The notes under the pieces: generated by a model
Database searches by the model: none
Told to the model about the DNA's origin: nothing
What the model saw: the letters and a program-made list of their open reading frames with translations, nothing else
Program-made: the position numbers and the translations under genes
In this document: in pieces, positions 19,147-21,869 of the stretch
Position numbering within the stretch: position 1 is the stretch's first letter
Layout: each line of letters opens with the position of its first letter
Assembly: GCA_963843795.1 (NCBI GenBank)
Contig: CAWJLW010000011.1
Span: forward strand, 1 to 21,869
Reading direction: 5' to 3'
Length of the DNA: 21,869 nucleotides
DNA from: an uncultured bacterium
GTDB taxonomy: Bacteria > Armatimonadota > Abditibacteriia > Abditibacteriales > Abditibacteriaceae

Positions 19147-19644
19147 ATGAGTTTAAAAGATGCCATCCGCGAGGCCGTAGACGAACGCGATAAACAAAAA
19201 AACGAGCAGGTTAAACCCCTGTCTAAGGAAGCTGGCGATCCAAATCCGCTGACATCAACCACTCCGCCTGAAACCATTCCTCCAGCACCCAAAACAAATA
19301 CAGCAAGCAATAATGCAGTAAAGCCAGCTTTACTGCATACAGCAAAAAAGGCTGAGGTCAAAGCCCCCAGAGAGAAGGCGCGCATCACACCAACTACGGC
19401 TGACGAACAGAACACTAACGAAATGCACAAAAGCAATACTTCTCCAGTTCTGCTCACTGCCACCAATGCCGTAGAAACTTCAAAGCCCACTAAAGCCTTG
19501 GCAGAAGAAACGGCGGCAATGACAGTGCGAGTTTCCCGTCGCCATCGGTTGCACTGGCTCATTTCAGCCAAACAGCAAGGCACTTCGCTCACCGCTGCGA
19601 TTACCGAAGCCATGAACGCACGCTTTGGCGAACCAGACCACTAA
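19147..19644 (+). CDS. Putative partition adaptor (ParG-like) with a C-terminal ribbon-helix-helix
   Basis: Follows parA, with strong SD AAGGAG. Long low-complexity T/P/A/K-rich N-terminus, then AMTVRVSRRHRLHWLISAKQQGTSLTAAITEAMNARF (beta-alpha-alpha pattern). Confidence 0.7.
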   Translation: MSLKDAIREAVDERDKQKNEQVKPLSKEAGDPNPLTSTTPPETIPPAPKTNTASNNAVKPALLHTAKKAEVKAPREKARITPTTADEQNTNEMHKSNTSPVLLTATNAVETSKPTKALAEETAAMTVRVSRRHRLHWLISAKQQGTSLTAAITEAMNARFGEPDH

Positions 19645-19931
19645 ATTTAAAGGGTAGAGTAGCCTTGGACAGAAATTTCCTGTCGGAGCCGGATAGGTCT
19701 CCAGCGCTCACAAAGGCTCATCACCCTGTTCTGCAAGGACTTGCCAAGGCCCGAAATTGTGCATGGATGAAAGCAGTTTTGATAACTGACGAGATGTGCA
19801 CTTTGATCTGCGCAAGTGCTACCTTTGGGTTGCCACCAAATTAATAAAATCTACGTGAGTGCTCAAACGTTGATTGCTCGCTTCAGCGAGTCAAATCACT
19901 TCAAGATCACACCCAAAACCGCTCTGTCCTT

Positions 19932-20240
19932 GGACCACTTTGGGGAGACGATAGGCTACGCAAGCGGTCAAAAATACATGCATTTTTGACAAATGGAGCA
20001 GACAACACCGATTTTTTCCAATTTCGAGGCAGATCTGCGATTCCCTATGATGCCCGACTCATGCTGACGACTCGCTTTTCGCTTGCTTTACCGTACCTAT
20101 TAGTCCTTTCAAATGTTTAGGACTGTTTGGGGAGACGATCGTGAAATTAGTTAGGACTGTTTGGGGAGACGATTGGACCACTTTGGGGAGACGCGAAGGA
20201 CTGTTTGGGGAGACGATTAGGACCACTTTGGGGAGACGAT
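19932..20240 (+). repeat. Iteron array / probable replication origin (6 copies)
   Basis: Core TTTGGGGAGACG(AT) preceded by GGACTG or GGACCAC. Copies start at 19932, 20120, 20154, 20175, 20198 and 20220, just upstream of the rep-like gene. Confidence 0.88.
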
Positions 20241-20457
20241 GACGAATCGAAAAAGGCCTGTAAACCCTTGTAAACACTGGCTTTTTCAGCCCTTTGATTT
20301 TTCACCGACAGTCTTAGACACAGTACAGACAGACAGACACAGGAGAAAACAGGCATTTTTACGGAGAATAAACGAAGGCTGCTGCTGCTTTTTTTGTTTA
20401 AAAATCAGTTAAAGTAAAGCGAAGCCAAGCAAGTGAAGGCTGGGACCGAAACCATAA

Positions 20458-21869
20458 GTGGCACAGGTTAAAGCAGATTCAAAAGTAGAAAGCCAGGCAA
20501 AACAGAGTAGAGCGAAGAATATGGGGCAAAAAGTGAGCGAAGCCAGCAAAAATGGAGACCAGAAAACATTGGGTAGCTCCATCATCAAAGCAGAAGACAC
20601 ACTCACGGTACTACGCATGGAGACAGCGCTTTCGCGGTTTCCTCTCCATCGCATTGCCAAAAAAAGCGGTGAAATTGCCATCGAAATCGACGACCAGGCC
20701 ACCGCGGTCCAGTGGAGCGTGAGCCATAACACCAAATACGGCCAGCCCGGACCATTGGCCTACCGGCTCGACACTTTGTTGGTGAACAGGCGTATCGAGG
20801 AAGCCGGAAAACCGATCCCGCGTCTCATTCGTCTGGGCAGCCTGCCAGAAATCGCCGCTGAGCTAGGCTTCACTGGACATAACTGGAATCTATTGCGTCG
20901 CGCCTTGCACCAGAATGCATCGGCTTACATTACCGCCAAACTGAGTTACCGCGCCCACGACCGCAGCGAGCGTTTTTTGGAAGCGGGATTCCACCGCTAC
21001 AATGTCGTCTTTACCGGCGAGAGATTGCCTTCAGGCGAAGCCGCCAACGCGGTGTATCTGGTGTTGAGCGATATCTTTCTGGACGTGCTGAACACGGCGA
21101 TGTGGCGACCGCTCGACTACGATTACATGAAGACGTTGCCGCCTGGCTCGCAGCGGTTTTATGAGATCGTTTCGTATCAGGTTTACGCGGCCTTGCAGTT
21201 TGGTAATCCGCGCGCCAAGTTCACCTACTCGGAATATTGCCTGCTTTCGACGGCCACCCGCTACTTCGATTTCGAACACGTCAAAAAGCAGATGTACAAA
21301 ATTCTGCGTCCCCATATCCAAAGCGGCTACCTGACTAAGATTGAATACGAAGCGACCATCAATCCCAAGGGCGAAGCGGATTGGATCATGTACCTCACGC
21401 CCGGCCCCAATGCCAGTCGCGAGACCTCGCTTTTACCGGACAGGGCAAAACGCGCAAGCCTAGGGCTGCCATCGTGGAAAAGAAACCAAAGCCAAGTCCA
21501 AGAAAGCGTCGCGCGATCTAACTTTGCCTTTTCCGGAAATGAGCCAAGATTCTCCCTCCGAGCTTATCGGTACCACTGATGAAGAGATGGCAACCGCCGC
21601 TGCCAAGGATAACTTCCTGGTGCTACAACGAAAACCGCAAGTAGCATAGATGCTAGAGATGACGCAGGCACTATCGAAACCGAGCGCAGCGAAGCGCCGA
21701 GCAGAATCTGATTCAGGCTTTGCGTGAAGCGGAACTGAACCGCAGGGATGCCGAGCGTTTCGCACGCGAAAAACCTGAAGAATGCCGTCGCCAGTTGGAG
21801 TTCTTGGCTTATGTAAGCGAGTTCACCACCAGTCGGGGCGCTTATCTACGACGTGCCATCGAAGAAGGT
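20458..21869 (+). CDS. Probable plasmid replication initiator (frameshifted after about 21420, runs off the window)
   Basis: 373-aa ORF directly downstream of iterons and par genes, with ETALSRFPLH, PGPLAYRLD, RPLDYDY...QRFYEIVSY and HIQSGYL, resembling plasmid Rep proteins as I recall them. Coding-like sequence continues in other frames (...RQLEFLAYV...GAYLRRAIEEG) to the window edge. Confidence 0.65.

Noticed and set aside
20117..20240. Direct repeats as a CRISPR array
   Set aside because: Gaps between copies are only 1-14 bp, there are no unique spacers or cas genes, and the position next to rep fits iterons.
20314..20342. Short CAGA tandem and nearby TGTAAAC pair downstream of the iterons
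   Set aside because: Too short to assign a function; may be part of the origin but unsupported.

Overview
The window looks like part of a low-copy iteron plasmid or plasmid-like replicon. The right end (17.9-21.9 kb) has a 13-8-13 lox-like inverted repeat, centromere-like 8-bp repeats, a type Ib-style parA plus ribbon-helix-helix partner, six 20-21 bp iterons and a probable rep gene that runs off the window. The left 17.3 kb is a class I DISARM anti-phage locus on the minus strand in canonical order: drmD, drmMI, drmA, drmB, drmC. A 3.3 kb insert splits it between drmMI and drmA. The insert holds a divergent DUF1883-like gene and a tightly packed run of XRE-HTH, IrrE/ImmA peptidase, a second IrrE/ImmA protein and a PIN-like protein that leads straight into drmA-B-C, with a double hairpin after drmMI. 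A degenerate Fic remnant lies between DISARM and the backbone. A palindrome, GCAAGTACTTGC, is repeated throughout the DISARM part, in and between genes. Many genes carry single-base frameshifts, probably assembly errors, so several gene boundaries below are reconstructed by eye. All family calls come from motif recognition, not database searches.
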